NCBI GenBank assembly: GCA_963739795.1
Contig: CAVUBL010000010.1
Coordinates: forward strand, 410,798-474,797
Source of the DNA: an uncultured Acidobacteriota bacterium
Lineage (GTDB): Bacteria; Acidobacteriota; Thermoanaerobaculia; Multivoradales; DATKCC01
DNA length: 64,000 nt
Reading direction: 5' to 3'
Shown: positions 1 through 11,282 of the stretch, piece after piece
How the letters are laid out: the number at the start of each line of letters is the position of its first letter
Position numbering within the stretch: the first letter of the stretch is position 1
Made by a program: the position numbers and the translations under genes
Notes under the pieces: model-generated
The model's database searches: none
What the model saw: the letters and a program-made list of their open reading frames with translations, nothing else
What the model was told of the DNA's origin: nothing

Positions 1-2
1 GC

Positions 3-1247
<1,245 letters not shown>

Positions 1248-1253
1248 CGAGCG

Positions 1254-2888
1254 ATGCCCAGCGTCACGATCAACGGCCGGACCGTCGAGGTCGAGGCCGG
1301 CACCAATGTGATCGAGGCCGCCAAGCTGGTGGGGGTCCAGATCCCCCACTACTGCTACCACCCGCGGCTTTCGGTGGTGGGCCAGTGCCGCATGTGCCTG
1401 GTCCAGGTCGACGGTCACCCGAAGCTCCAGGCCGGCTGCTCGGTCACCGTCCAGAAGGACGGCATGGAGATCCGCACCGACGTGCCCGAGGTCGAAGAGG
1501 CCCAGCGGGCGATGATGGAGTTCCTCCTCATCAACCACCCGCTCGACTGCTCGATCTGCGACCAGGCGGGCGAGTGCGGCCTCCAGGACTACGCCTTCAA
1601 GCACGGCCAGTCCTTCTCCCGCTTCCGCTACGAGGAAAAGCGCACCTACCCGGGCCGCGAGCGCATCCCTCTCGGGCCGAGCGTGCTCCTCAACATGAAC
1701 CGGTGCATCCAGTGCACCCGCTGTGTGCGCTTCACCCGGGAGATCTCGGGCACCGGCTCCCTCGGCTTCTTCAACCGCGGAGCCCGCACCGAGATCGGGA
1801 CCTTCCCCGGCCAGGAGCTCGACGACCCACTGGCCGCCAACGTGGTGGACATCTGCCCGGTGGGCGCCCTGACCTCCACCCGCTTCCGCTTCGCCGAGCG
1901 GGTCTGGTACCTGGACAAGAAGCCGTCCCTGTGCACCGGGTGCGAGGTCGGCTGCAACGTGACCCTGGAGCACCGCCGCGGCGCGATCCGCCGCTACAAG
2001 CCCCGCGCGAACCCCGAGGTCAACGACTACTGGCTGTGCGACTTCGGACGGGCGAGCCACGAGCGCTACGGCCAGCTCCCCCGTCTGGTGACCCCCCGCA
2101 TCGGCGCCCACGAGGACGGCGTGTCCACCACCTGGGCCGCGGCCCTCGACACCGTGCACCACGCCATGACCTCGCGCTCGACCGGCGGCGCCGTCGCCTT
2201 CCTCGGCTCGGCTCACATGAGCACCGAAGCGGCCTACATGCTGGCCCGGGTCGCCGACCACGTGGGCTCGCCCCACCGGGCGGTCTGGGTGGACATCGGG
2301 CCCGAGCGCTCGATCCCCAACACCCACGGCGGCCTCTCCGGCACCGAGGCCGGCCCCAACCGCCGGGGCGCCGAGCTCGCCGGGCTCGCCTCGCGCGAGG
2401 GCGGGATGACGGCCGAGGAGCTGCTGAGCGGCACCGGCGCCGAGCGCTGCGCCGTGCTGGTGGTGGCGGACAGCGACCTCGGCGAGGCCGCCCACGACCC
2501 GGAGAGCGTCGAGCGCCTGCGCCGCGCGAGCTTCCTGGTGGTCCTGGGCTGGGCTGACACGCCCCTGGCCCGGGCCGCCGACGTGGCCCTGCCCGTCGCG
2601 ACCCACGCCGAGACCAGCGGCACGTTCATCAACGTGGAGTGGCGCCTGCAGCGCTTCGAGCGGGCCTTCCCGGCTCCCGGCCAGGCGCGGCCGGCCTTCG
2701 AGGCCCTCGCCGACCTGCTCTCCCGCTTCGACCAGGGCTGGAACGACCGAGTGACCGCCGCCGAAGTCTTCGACCGGCTGGCCGCGGAGGCCGCACCCCT
2801 CTCCGGGCTGCGCTTCGACGACCTGCCGGCCACCGGCCAGCCCATCGAGGCGCCCCGCGAGACGCCCGAGCCGGCCCTCGAAGGCTGA
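1254..2888 (+). CDS. nuoG: NADH-quinone oxidoreductase subunit G (short, 544 aa)
   Basis: CYHP..GQCRMC (N1b), HPLDCSICDQAGEC (N5), CIQCTRC..CP (N4), CTGCEVGC-x27-C (N7); operon position. Confidence 0.93.
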   Translation: MPSVTINGRTVEVEAGTNVIEAAKLVGVQIPHYCYHPRLSVVGQCRMCLVQVDGHPKLQAGCSVTVQKDGMEIRTDVPEVEEAQRAMMEFLLINHPLDCSICDQAGECGLQDYAFKHGQSFSRFRYEEKRTYPGRERIPLGPSVLLNMNRCIQCTRCVRFTREISGTGSLGFFNRGARTEIGTFPGQELDDPLAANVVDICPVGALTSTRFRFAERVWYLDKKPSLCTGCEVGCNVTLEHRRGAIRRYKPRANPEVNDYWLCDFGRASHERYGQLPRLVTPRIGAHEDGVSTTWAAALDTVHHAMTSRSTGGAVAFLGSAHMSTEAAYMLARVADHVGSPHRAVWVDIGPERSIPNTHGGLSGTEAGPNRRGAELAGLASREGGMTAEELLSGTGAERCAVLVVADSDLGEAAHDPESVERLRRASFLVVLGWADTPLARAADVALPVATHAETSGTFINVEWRLQRFERAFPAPGQARPAFEALADLLSRFDQGWNDRVTAAEVFDRLAAEAAPLSGLRFDDLPATGQPIEAPRETPEPALEG

Positions 2889-2945
2889 AGCTCCACCCCC
2901 GACGCCCATCACGATCGAACCGAATCCATCTTCGAGGAGCCGCAC

Positions 2946-3968
2946 GTGAGCGTCCAAAACGTGGCCATGCTCGTCAAGCTAGCGGCCTTTCTCCTCCTCA
3001 TGCTGACCATCGTGCCGGTCATGGTCTGGGTGGAGCGACGGGGCGGCGCCCTGATGCAGGACCGCCCCGGGCCCAACCGCCTGGGTCCCCTGGGCCTGAT
3101 CCAGCCGCTGGCCGACGCGGCGAAGTTCATTTTCAAGGAGGACGTCCTGCCCCGGGAGGCGGACCGGCTGCTCTACCTGCTGGCGCCCATCCTGGCGCTG
3201 ATCCCCGCCTTTTCCACCTTCGTGGTCATCCCCCTGGGGCCGACGATCGAGATCGCCGGCCAGCGGATCCCCATGATGGTGGCGGACGTCGACACCGGGG
3301 TGCTCCTGTTCCTGGCGATCGCCAGCCTCGGGGTCTACTCCCTGGTGATGGCGGGGTACGCCTCCAACAACAAGTTCTCCCTCATGGGCTCGATCCGCGC
3401 CTCGGCGCAGATGATCAGCTACGAGCTCGCCCTCACCCTGAGCGTGGTGGCGGTGCTTCTGCCGGTGGGCTCCTTCCGCCTCGACGACGTGGTCACCTAC
3501 CAGGTCCAGCACGTCTGGAACGTCATTCCCCAGTGCGTGGGCTTCGTGATCTTCCTGGTCGCCGCCTTCGCCGAGACCAACCGCCTGCCCTTCGACCTGC
3601 CCGAGGCCGAGTCGGAGCTGGTGGCCGGGTACCACACCGAGTACAGCGCCATGCGCTTCGCCGCCTTCTTCATGGCGGAGTACGCCGGCATGACCGTCCT
3701 CTCGGCGCTCGCCGCGACCCTCTACCTGGGCGGCTGGCACCTGCCGGGGGTCGACCTGGCGGCGATGGGGATCGTGGGCGTGGTGATCGGGGCGATCGTG
3801 TTGGTGGCCAAGATCCTCCTGTTCCTCTTCTTCTTCGTCTGGGTGCGCTGGAGCTTCCCGCGCTTCCGCTACGACCAGCTCATGGCCATCGGCTGGAAGG
3901 TCCTCCTGCCCCTCGCCATCGTCAACCTGATCTGGGTCGCTTCGGCGAGCCTCGCGGGGTGGCTGTGA
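2946..3968 (+). CDS. nuoH: NADH-quinone oxidoreductase subunit H
   Basis: ERR..A.MQDRPGPN, FAETNRLPFDLPEAESELVAGYHTEYS and PRFRYDQLM motifs. Confidence 0.97.
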   Translation: MSVQNVAMLVKLAAFLLLMLTIVPVMVWVERRGGALMQDRPGPNRLGPLGLIQPLADAAKFIFKEDVLPREADRLLYLLAPILALIPAFSTFVVIPLGPTIEIAGQRIPMMVADVDTGVLLFLAIASLGVYSLVMAGYASNNKFSLMGSIRASAQMISYELALTLSVVAVLLPVGSFRLDDVVTYQVQHVWNVIPQCVGFVIFLVAAFAETNRLPFDLPEAESELVAGYHTEYSAMRFAAFFMAEYAGMTVLSALAATLYLGGWHLPGVDLAAMGIVGVVIGAIVLVAKILLFLFFFVWVRWSFPRFRYDQLMAIGWKVLLPLAIVNLIWVASASLAGWL

Positions 3969-4522
3969 TGGAAGCCTTGATCTTCTTTCTGTTCGCCTTC
4001 TTCACCGTCGGCTCGGCCCTGGTGGTCGTCCTTCACCGCGACCCGGTGAAATCGACCCTGAGCCTGGTGCTGACCCTGGCCTCGACGGCGGTCCTCTTCG
4101 TCCTGCTCGGCGCCCCGTTCATCGGCACCCTCCAGGTGCTGATCTACACCGGCGCCATCGTCGTCCTGTTCCTGTTCGTCGTCATGCTGCTCAACCTCTC
4201 CCGGGAGGCCGGCACCGAGCCCGGTGGGCGCGGGCAGCGGCTGTTCGCGATTCTCGGCGCCGTGGTCTTCGCCCTGCTCGTCGGCGGCACGGTCTGGCGC
4301 TCGGTGGCGGGAGCCTCGGCGCCGCCCCTCGACGAGCAGTTCGTCGCCCTGCGCGAGCTCGCCCTCGAGCTTTTCGACCGCTTCCTCCTGCCGTTCGAGA
4401 TCGTCGGCCTGCTCCTCCTGGTGGCGGTCATCGCCGCCTACATCCTGGCCAAGCGCCCCGAGACCGCCGAACCCACCCCGAGCGGGGCCGGCGGCGATGA
4501 GACCCCGGAGGGTCCGCGATGA
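3968..4522 (+). CDS. nuoJ: NADH-quinone oxidoreductase subunit J
   Basis: ATG overlaps nuoH stop (TGATG); QVLIYTGAIVVLFLFVVMLL and LLPFEIVGLLLLVA motifs; buried inside ORF 2639..4522. Confidence 0.95.
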   Translation: MEALIFFLFAFFTVGSALVVVLHRDPVKSTLSLVLTLASTAVLFVLLGAPFIGTLQVLIYTGAIVVLFLFVVMLLNLSREAGTEPGGRGQRLFAILGAVVFALLVGGTVWRSVAGASAPPLDEQFVALRELALELFDRFLLPFEIVGLLLLVAVIAAYILAKRPETAEPTPSGAGGDETPEGPR

Positions 4523-4824
4523 GCGTTCCCGTCTCCTGGTACCTGTTGCTGGCGGCCGCCCTGTTCGCCATCGGCACGGCCGGCGCCCTGACCCGCCGCA
4601 ACGGCATCACCATCTTCCTGTCCATCGAGCTCATGCTCAACTCGGTCAACCTGACGCTGATCGCCTTCTCGCGCCTGCTGGGGGATCGGACCGGACAGAT
4701 CGTCGTCCTCTTCGTGCTCGCGGTCGCCGCGGCCGAGGCGGCGGTCGGCCTGGCCCTGTTCATCGCCCTCTACCGGCACCGGCGGACGATCGACATCGAC
4801 CGGGTCAACCTGATGCGGTGGTGA
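4519..4824 (+). CDS. nuoK: NADH-quinone oxidoreductase subunit K
   Basis: RRN..IFLSIELMLNSVNL and AAAEAAVGLA motifs. Confidence 0.96.
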   Translation: MSVPVSWYLLLAAALFAIGTAGALTRRNGITIFLSIELMLNSVNLTLIAFSRLLGDRTGQIVVLFVLAVAAAEAAVGLALFIALYRHRRTIDIDRVNLMRW

Positions 4825-4828
4825 CGCC

Positions 4829-6781
4829 ATGGAAATCCTCTGGCTGATTCCGCTCCTGCCTTTCCTGGGCGCCGCCCTCAACGGCCTCATGGGCCCGCGG
4901 GTGTCGCGCTCGGCGACCACCGCCGTCGCCCTGGGAGCGCCGTTGGCGAGCCTGCTGGCCGGCTTGTGGGTGATCTGGCAGTACGTGGGCTCCCACTATC
5001 CGGAGGCCTTCGTCCAGGTGCTGTACCCCTGGACCGTCGGGCCCCTGCACATCGACGTCGGGTTCCTCCTCGATCCGCTCTCGGCGGTGATGCTCTTCGT
5101 GGTGACCTTCGTCGGCTTCCTGATCCACGTCTACTCGGTGGGCTACATGGCCCACGAGGAGGGCTACCAGCGCTACTTCGTCTTCCTGAACCTGTTCATG
5201 GGGGCGATGCTGCTGCTGGTCCTCGGCTCGAGCTACCTGGTCTCGTTCGTCGGCTGGGAGGGTGTAGGGCTCTGCTCCTACCTGCTGATCGGCTACTACT
5301 ACGACCAGGAGTTTCCGCCGTTCGCCGGCATGAAGGCGTTCATCGTCAACCGGATCGGGGACTTCGCGTTCCTGATCGGCCTGTTCGCCCTGGTCTCGGT
5401 CTTCGGCACCCTCGACTACGAGAGCCTGTTCTCCCGGATCGCCGCCGATCCGGCGACGGCCCAGGCGACGTTCTTGTTCGGCCTGCCGTTGGCGAGCTTC
5501 GTGGCCCTGTGCCTGTTCATCGGCGCCATGGGCAAGAGCGCCCAGTTCCCCCTCTACGTCTGGCTGCCCGACGCCATGGCCGGCCCGACGCCGGTCTCCG
5601 CCCTGATCCACGCCGCCACCATGGTCACCGCCGGCGTCTTCATGGTGGCGCGCTCGAACGTCCTCTTCCAGCTCGCACCGGGGGTCGGCCTCTTCGTGGC
5701 CGCGATCGGCACCTTCACGGCGATTTTCGCGGCGACCATCGGCCTCGCCCAGACCGACATCAAGAAGGTCCTGGCCTACTCCACCGTCTCGCAGCTCGGC
5801 TACATGTTCCTGGCCGCGGGCCTCGGCGCCTACACGGCGGCGATCTTCCACGTGGCCACTCACGCCTTCTTCAAGGCCCTCCTGTTCCTCGGCTCCGGCT
5901 CGGTGATCCACGCCATGAGCGGCGAGCAGGACATGCGCAAGATGGGCGGCCTGAAGAAGCAGCTCCCGGTGACCTACTGGACCTTCCTGGTGGCAACGCT
6001 GGCGATCTCGGGGATCCCGCCCTTGGCGGGCTTCTTCTCCAAAGACGAGATCCTCGCCGCGGCCGCCGGCCGGGGCCACTGGGTCCTCTACACGGTGGGT
6101 CTGGTGACCGCAGGCCTGACCGCGCTCTACATGTTCCGGGTGGTCTACCTGACCTTCCACGGGTCGTTCCGGGGCACCGAGGAGCAGCGTCACCACCTTC
6201 ACGAGTCGCCGCCGGTCATGACCGTCCCCCTGGTGATCCTGGCCGTGGGCGCGGCCCTGGCCGGCTTCCTGGGCATCCCCGCGGTGCTCGCCGGCGGACA
6301 CGAGAGCTGGAACTGGATCGCGCGTTTCCTCGAGCCCGCCTACTGGAAGGTGGCTCCGGCCGAGGCGGCCGTCGAGGCCCACCACATGGGCTCGGGGGTC
6401 GAGCTCCTGTTGATCGTGCTGTCGGTGGCGGTGGCCGTCGGCGGCATCGTGGCGGCCCGGAGCTGGTACGGCGGTGAGCGCGGGCTGGCGAAGGGCCGGG
6501 CGACGGCGGAGCGCTACCCCGCCATCCACCGGCTGCTGGTGAACAAGTACTTCGTGGACGAGATCTACGACCGGGTCTTCGTGCGGCCCTTGCGCGGCCT
6601 GGCCCGGTTCTTCTGGAAGGGGGTGGACGGCAAGGTGATCGACGGCTCGATCCACCTCGGCGCCTACCTCACCGAGCTGACGGGGAACCTGGGGCGCCTG
6701 ACGACAACCGGCAACGTCCGCAACTACGCCCTGTACCTCTTCCTCGGCATCGTCGTCCTCCTGACCTGGGTGCTCCTGTGA
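4829..6781 (+). CDS. nuoL: NADH-quinone oxidoreductase subunit L
   Basis: GWEGVGLCSYLLIG, KSAQFPLYVWLPDAMAGPTPVSALIHAATMV and HAFFKALLFL motifs. Confidence 0.97.
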   Translation: MEILWLIPLLPFLGAALNGLMGPRVSRSATTAVALGAPLASLLAGLWVIWQYVGSHYPEAFVQVLYPWTVGPLHIDVGFLLDPLSAVMLFVVTFVGFLIHVYSVGYMAHEEGYQRYFVFLNLFMGAMLLLVLGSSYLVSFVGWEGVGLCSYLLIGYYYDQEFPPFAGMKAFIVNRIGDFAFLIGLFALVSVFGTLDYESLFSRIAADPATAQATFLFGLPLASFVALCLFIGAMGKSAQFPLYVWLPDAMAGPTPVSALIHAATMVTAGVFMVARSNVLFQLAPGVGLFVAAIGTFTAIFAATIGLAQTDIKKVLAYSTVSQLGYMFLAAGLGAYTAAIFHVATHAFFKALLFLGSGSVIHAMSGEQDMRKMGGLKKQLPVTYWTFLVATLAISGIPPLAGFFSKDEILAAAAGRGHWVLYTVGLVTAGLTALYMFRVVYLTFHGSFRGTEEQRHHLHESPPVMTVPLVILAVGAALAGFLGIPAVLAGGHESWNWIARFLEPAYWKVAPAEAAVEAHHMGSGVELLLIVLSVAVAVGGIVAARSWYGGERGLAKGRATAERYPAIHRLLVNKYFVDEIYDRVFVRPLRGLARFFWKGVDGKVIDGSIHLGAYLTELTGNLGRLTTTGNVRNYALYLFLGIVVLLTWVLL

Positions 6782-8373
6782 TGGCTACCGTCCTAGCGCT
6801 CTTCTTCGGCAACACCCTCACCCGGCTGGTCTTCTTTCCGACCGTGGCGGCCCTGCCGCTCCTGCTGGTCCGGAAGAACGACGAGCGGTTCACCAAGCTC
6901 TACACGCTGATCGTCTCGCTGGCCGAGCTGGTTTTCGCCGTCGAGTACGCGGCGACCCACTTCTCGGGCGGTCACTTCGAGCTGGCGAGCGACGGCGTCT
7001 ATCGGTGGATCGCGGCCTACGGGATCTCCTACCACCTGGTGGCCGACGGCATCTCCATGCCGCTGGTGCTGCTCTCCTGCTTCCTCCTGCCCCTCGTGGT
7101 GCTGGGCACCTGGAAGGGGATCTCGCGCCACTGGCCGGGCTACGCCGCCTCCCTGCTGCTCCTGACCACCGGAGTTCTCGGCACGTTCCTGGCGTTCGAC
7201 CTCTTCCTCTTCTACGTCTTCTTCGAGATCTCCCTGGTGCCCATGTACCTGATCATCGGCATCTGGGGCGGCGAGCGACGAATCTACGCGGCGGTCAAGT
7301 TCTTCCTCTACACCATGGTCGGGAGCCTCCTGATGCTGGTCGCCCTGCTCTTCCTGGGCTGGACCTACGCCCGGGTCACGGGCACCTGGAGCTTCGCCTA
7401 CAGCGACCTGCTGCAGCTCTCGCTGCCCCTGGGCACCCAGATCTGGCTGTTCGCGGCCTTCGCCCTGGCCTTCGCCATCAAGGTGCCCATGGTGCCGTTC
7501 CACACCTGGCTCCCCGACGCCCACGTCGAGGCGCCCACGGGTGGCTCGGTGATCCTGGCCGGCGTCCTCCTGAAGCTCGGCACCTACGGCTTCCTTCGCT
7601 TCGCGCTGCCTCTCTTCCCCCACGCCGCCCAGCGCGCCCAGCCCGTGCTCATCACCCTGGCGGTGGTGGGCATCCTCTACGGCGCCCTCGTGGCCTGGGT
7701 CCAGGAGGACATGAAGAAGCTGGTCGCCTACTCCTCGGTGGCCCACCTGGCGTTCGTCATGCTCGGCCTCCTGGCCTTCGACGCCATCGCCTGGCAGGGA
7801 TCGCTCCTCCAGATGGTCAACCACGGCATTTCGACCGGCGCCCTCTTCCTCCTGGTGGGGATGGTCTACGAGCGTCGCCACACCAAGCGCTTCGACGACC
7901 TGGGCGGCCTCGCCAAGGCCATGCCCGTCTTCGCCTTCTTCCTGGTCTTCTCCGCCCTCGCCTCGGTCGGCCTGCCGGCCCTCAACGGCTTCGTCGGCGA
8001 GTTCCTGATCCTGGTGGGCAGCTTCAAGACCCTGGGCTGGCCGGTGATCCTGGCCACCTTCGGCGTCGTGCTCGCCGCCGTCTACCTGCTGAAGATGATC
8101 GCGCGCACGGTCTGGGGACCGGTGACGCGGGAGGAGAACCGCAACATCGCGGACCTCTCGGTGCGCGAGATCGTCACCCTGGTGCCTCTGGTGGTCCTCA
8201 TGCTCTGGATCGGCGTGGCGCCCAAAGCCTTCCTCGAGCCGAGCCGGCCGGCCTTGGAGCAGACCTTGACCCGGTATCAAGAGCGGATCGCGGCCCCGCC
8301 GCCAGAGGAAGCGCGGCTGGTGGGCGTGGGCGACGAGACTCACATCGCGGCCCTGCCGGAGGTGACCCCATGA
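6781..8373 (+). CDS. nuoM: NADH-quinone oxidoreductase subunit M
   Basis: FAIKVPMVPFHTWLPDAHVEAP, KKLVAYSSVAH and GFVGEFLIL motifs. Confidence 0.97.
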   Translation: MATVLALFFGNTLTRLVFFPTVAALPLLLVRKNDERFTKLYTLIVSLAELVFAVEYAATHFSGGHFELASDGVYRWIAAYGISYHLVADGISMPLVLLSCFLLPLVVLGTWKGISRHWPGYAASLLLLTTGVLGTFLAFDLFLFYVFFEISLVPMYLIIGIWGGERRIYAAVKFFLYTMVGSLLMLVALLFLGWTYARVTGTWSFAYSDLLQLSLPLGTQIWLFAAFALAFAIKVPMVPFHTWLPDAHVEAPTGGSVILAGVLLKLGTYGFLRFALPLFPHAAQRAQPVLITLAVVGILYGALVAWVQEDMKKLVAYSSVAHLAFVMLGLLAFDAIAWQGSLLQMVNHGISTGALFLLVGMVYERRHTKRFDDLGGLAKAMPVFAFFLVFSALASVGLPALNGFVGEFLILVGSFKTLGWPVILATFGVVLAAVYLLKMIARTVWGPVTREENRNIADLSVREIVTLVPLVVLMLWIGVAPKAFLEPSRPALEQTLTRYQERIAAPPPEEARLVGVGDETHIAALPEVTP

Positions 8374-9806
8374 ACGCCGCCGATCTGGCGACCCTCGCCC
8401 CCGAGATCACCCTGGCCGCGGCGGGCTGTTTCATTCTGCTGCTGGAAGCCTTCGCCCCGAGCCTGCGGCGGGCGTTCACCGGTCTCTCCGTACTCGCCGT
8501 CCTGGTCGCCGGCTGGTTCGCCTGGGGCCTGCCGGCGGGATCGTCCTTCGGCGGCCTGATCGAGTCCACCTCCATGACCGCCCTGGGCTCGACCATCGTC
8601 CTGACGGCGGCGGCCCTCTCCCTCCTCGCCTCCCAGGGGTACCTGCTGCGCGAGCGGATCCTCACCGGTGAGTACCACGCGCTGATGCTCTGGGCGGTCA
8701 CCGGGATGCTCCTCATGCTCCGCTCGACGGAGCTGCTGACGGTCTTCGTCTCCTTGGAGCTCTTGTCGCTCTGCCTCTACGCCCTGGCCGCCTTCAACCG
8801 GAAGGTGGTGGTGGGTTCCGAGGCCGCGCTCAAGTACTTCCTGATGGGGGCGTTCGCCAGCGCCTTCGTGCTCTACGGCATCGCCCTCGTCTACGGCGCC
8901 ACCGGCACCACCTTTTTCTCCGGGATCGCCCAGGCCTTCTCCTCTGGGACCCACGCGGCGGCCTCTCCGGCCGTCGGTGCGATCGGCGTGATCCTCCTGA
9001 TCGCCGGGTTCGGTTTCAAGATGAGCGTGGCGCCCTTCCACGCCTGGGCCCCGGATACCTATCAGGGGGCGCCGTCGCCCTATGTGGCGTTCCTCTCGGT
9101 GGCGCCGAAGGCGGCCAGCGCCTTCGTCCTGATCCGGGTTCTCCACACCGTCTTCCCGCACCTGCTGGGGGCGAACTGGCCGGCGATCGTGGCCACCCTG
9201 GCGGTCCTCTCCATGGTCGGGGGCAACCTGCTGGCGCTGGTCCAGAAGGACATCAAGCGCATGCTCGCCTACTCGGGCGTGGGGCACATGGGCTACCTGC
9301 TGATCCCCCTCGCCGGGCTGGACCTCGGCGCGTCCGGCACCGGAAGCTCGTGGACGCCGGTTCTGGTCTACCTGGCGGCCTACGCCCTGATGAACGCCGG
9401 TGCCTTCGCGGTGATCGCCATGCTCTACTCCCGGGCCGGCGAGCAGCACCTGATCTCCGAGCTCTCCGGCTGGGGCTACCGCTTCCCTCTCCTCGGTCTC
9501 TGCCTGACCGTGTGCATGCTGTCCCTGGGCGGCATCCCTCCCACCCTGGGCTTCCTGGGAAAGTACCTGGTCTTCCTCCACGCCGTGCGCCACGGGCAGG
9601 TGTGGCTCGCCCTGGTCGGCGTCGCGACCTCGTTGGTGGGCGTGTTCTACTACCTGCGGGTGGTCTACACGCTGTACATGAAGGAAGAGGTCCACGAGCC
9701 GTCCGGCCTACGGATCGATGGCTGGGGCAAGACCGCTGCCTTGCTGGCGGCCCTCGGAACCCTGGTGCTGGGCATCTTCCCGGCCTGGCTCCTCGGTTGG
9801 TTCTGA
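8370..9806 (+). CDS. nuoN: NADH-quinone oxidoreductase subunit N
   Basis: ATG at 8370 overlaps nuoM stop; EAALKYFLMG, FKMSVAPFHAWAPD and KRMLAYS motifs; 3' part of ORF 7005..9806. Confidence 0.96.
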   Translation: MNAADLATLAPEITLAAAGCFILLLEAFAPSLRRAFTGLSVLAVLVAGWFAWGLPAGSSFGGLIESTSMTALGSTIVLTAAALSLLASQGYLLRERILTGEYHALMLWAVTGMLLMLRSTELLTVFVSLELLSLCLYALAAFNRKVVVGSEAALKYFLMGAFASAFVLYGIALVYGATGTTFFSGIAQAFSSGTHAAASPAVGAIGVILLIAGFGFKMSVAPFHAWAPDTYQGAPSPYVAFLSVAPKAASAFVLIRVLHTVFPHLLGANWPAIVATLAVLSMVGGNLLALVQKDIKRMLAYSGVGHMGYLLIPLAGLDLGASGTGSSWTPVLVYLAAYALMNAGAFAVIAMLYSRAGEQHLISELSGWGYRFPLLGLCLTVCMLSLGGIPPTLGFLGKYLVFLHAVRHGQVWLALVGVATSLVGVFYYLRVVYTLYMKEEVHEPSGLRIDGWGKTAALLAALGTLVLGIFPAWLLGWF

Positions 9807-9889
9807 GAGCAGGTGAATGACCCTCCGCCCCGCCATCGAGGTCCGCGCGACGGCCGGAGGCTCCTTCACCCGCGCCGAGGCGATCCGCC

Positions 9890-10522
9890 GTGGCCGAGCG
9901 TGAGCCCTCGGCGGTCTCCCCGCTCACCCTCAACCGGCTGTCGTTCTATCTGCGCTGCCTGCGGCGTCTCCAGGAGGAGGACGTGGAGCGGGTCTCCTCC
10001 CAGATGCTCGCCCGCCGCTTCCACCTCTCGGCGGCCCAGATCCGCAAGGACCTGGCCCACTTCGGCGGCTTCGGCATCCGGGGCGTCGGCTACGAGGTCG
10101 ACGGGCTGATCGAGCGCCTCTCGGGTCTTCTCGGCCTCGACCGCCGCCACCGCATGGTGATCGTCGGCATGGGCAACCTGGGCAGCGCCCTCGCCTGCTA
10201 CCTCGGCTTCAACTCCGACGCCTTCCGAGTGGTCGCCGGCGTCGATCGGGATCCGGCCAAGATCGGCAAGCGGATCGGGGACTTCGTCGTCCGGCCCACG
10301 ACAGAGATCCCCTCTGCCGTCCAGGAGACGCACGCCGAGATCGGCGTGCTCTGCGTGCCCGCCGAGGCCGCCCAGGAGAACTACGACGCCCTGGTCGCCG
10401 CCGGAATCCGCGGGGTGATCAACTTCTCCCCCGTGCGGGTGAGGCCGGTTCCGGGCGTGCCCTTGAAGGACGTGGACCTGCGCATCAACCTGGAGGAGCT
10501 CGCCTTCTTCTTGAAGGAGTAG
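9890..10522 (+). CDS. rex: Redox-sensing transcriptional repressor Rex
   Basis: RLSFYLRCL..L, QIRKDLAHFG.FG.RGVGY winged helix; VGMGNLG Rossmann motif. Confidence 0.95.
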   Translation: MAEREPSAVSPLTLNRLSFYLRCLRRLQEEDVERVSSQMLARRFHLSAAQIRKDLAHFGGFGIRGVGYEVDGLIERLSGLLGLDRRHRMVIVGMGNLGSALACYLGFNSDAFRVVAGVDRDPAKIGKRIGDFVVRPTTEIPSAVQETHAEIGVLCVPAEAAQENYDALVAAGIRGVINFSPVRVRPVPGVPLKDVDLRINLEELAFFLKE

Positions 10523-10654
10523 CCGCCGCGGCGCCAGGCCACGTGTCCGGGCCTCCAACATCGGCCGCTCGCCTGCCCGTCGGGGTGGTGCTACTCTCTG
10601 TGCGGCGCTTCGCCGCCGGCAACCCCCTCCAGAAAACGCTCACAGGAGACAAGA

Positions 10655-11239
10655 ATGCAGTCCAGAGCATGGTCTGTCGTAGCAATGCTGTTCGTCGCCG
10701 TCACAGGGTTCTTCACTCTCTCCGCAGCAAAGTCTCCCCAGCCCAACCCCCAGGCGGACCTCGCCAACCGCTCACTCGAGCAGCAGCGGGTCATCCAGGG
10801 TTTCCGCATTTCCCCTGTGCCCCTCGAAACCCATCACCGCGACTGGAACCTCCTCGGGCTCGGCAGCTACATCGTCAACGCCGAGGCGGCGTGCAACGAC
10901 TGCCACACCAACCCGCCCTACGCCGACGGCGGTGACCCCTACATGGGCCAGCCGACCCAGATCAACACCGACGGCTACCTGGCCGGCGGGGTGCAGTTCG
11001 GCCCCTTCACGTCGCGCAACCTCACTCCGGAGGCCAACGGGAAGCCCGCGGGCCTCACCTTCCAGCAGTTCAAGCAGGTCATGCGCAACGGGCACGACTT
11101 CGACAACCTCCACCCCCAGCTCGGTCCGCTCCTCCAGGTGATGCCCTGGCCGGCGTACCACAACATGACCGACCACGACCTGCGCGCCGTCTACGAGTAC
11201 CTCCGGTCGATCCCCAGCATCGACAACGGGAACGAGTAG
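10655..11239 (+). CDS. Exported monoheme cytochrome c
   Basis: Signal peptide, one CxxCH (CNDCH), SRNLTP and VMPW (probable Met ligand) motifs. Confidence 0.85.
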   Translation: MQSRAWSVVAMLFVAVTGFFTLSAAKSPQPNPQADLANRSLEQQRVIQGFRISPVPLETHHRDWNLLGLGSYIVNAEAACNDCHTNPPYADGGDPYMGQPTQINTDGYLAGGVQFGPFTSRNLTPEANGKPAGLTFQQFKQVMRNGHDFDNLHPQLGPLLQVMPWPAYHNMTDHDLRAVYEYLRSIPSIDNGNE

Positions 11240-11282
11240 GCGGACGCCGACAGGCCGGAGAGATAGCATCGGAGGCCGACCG

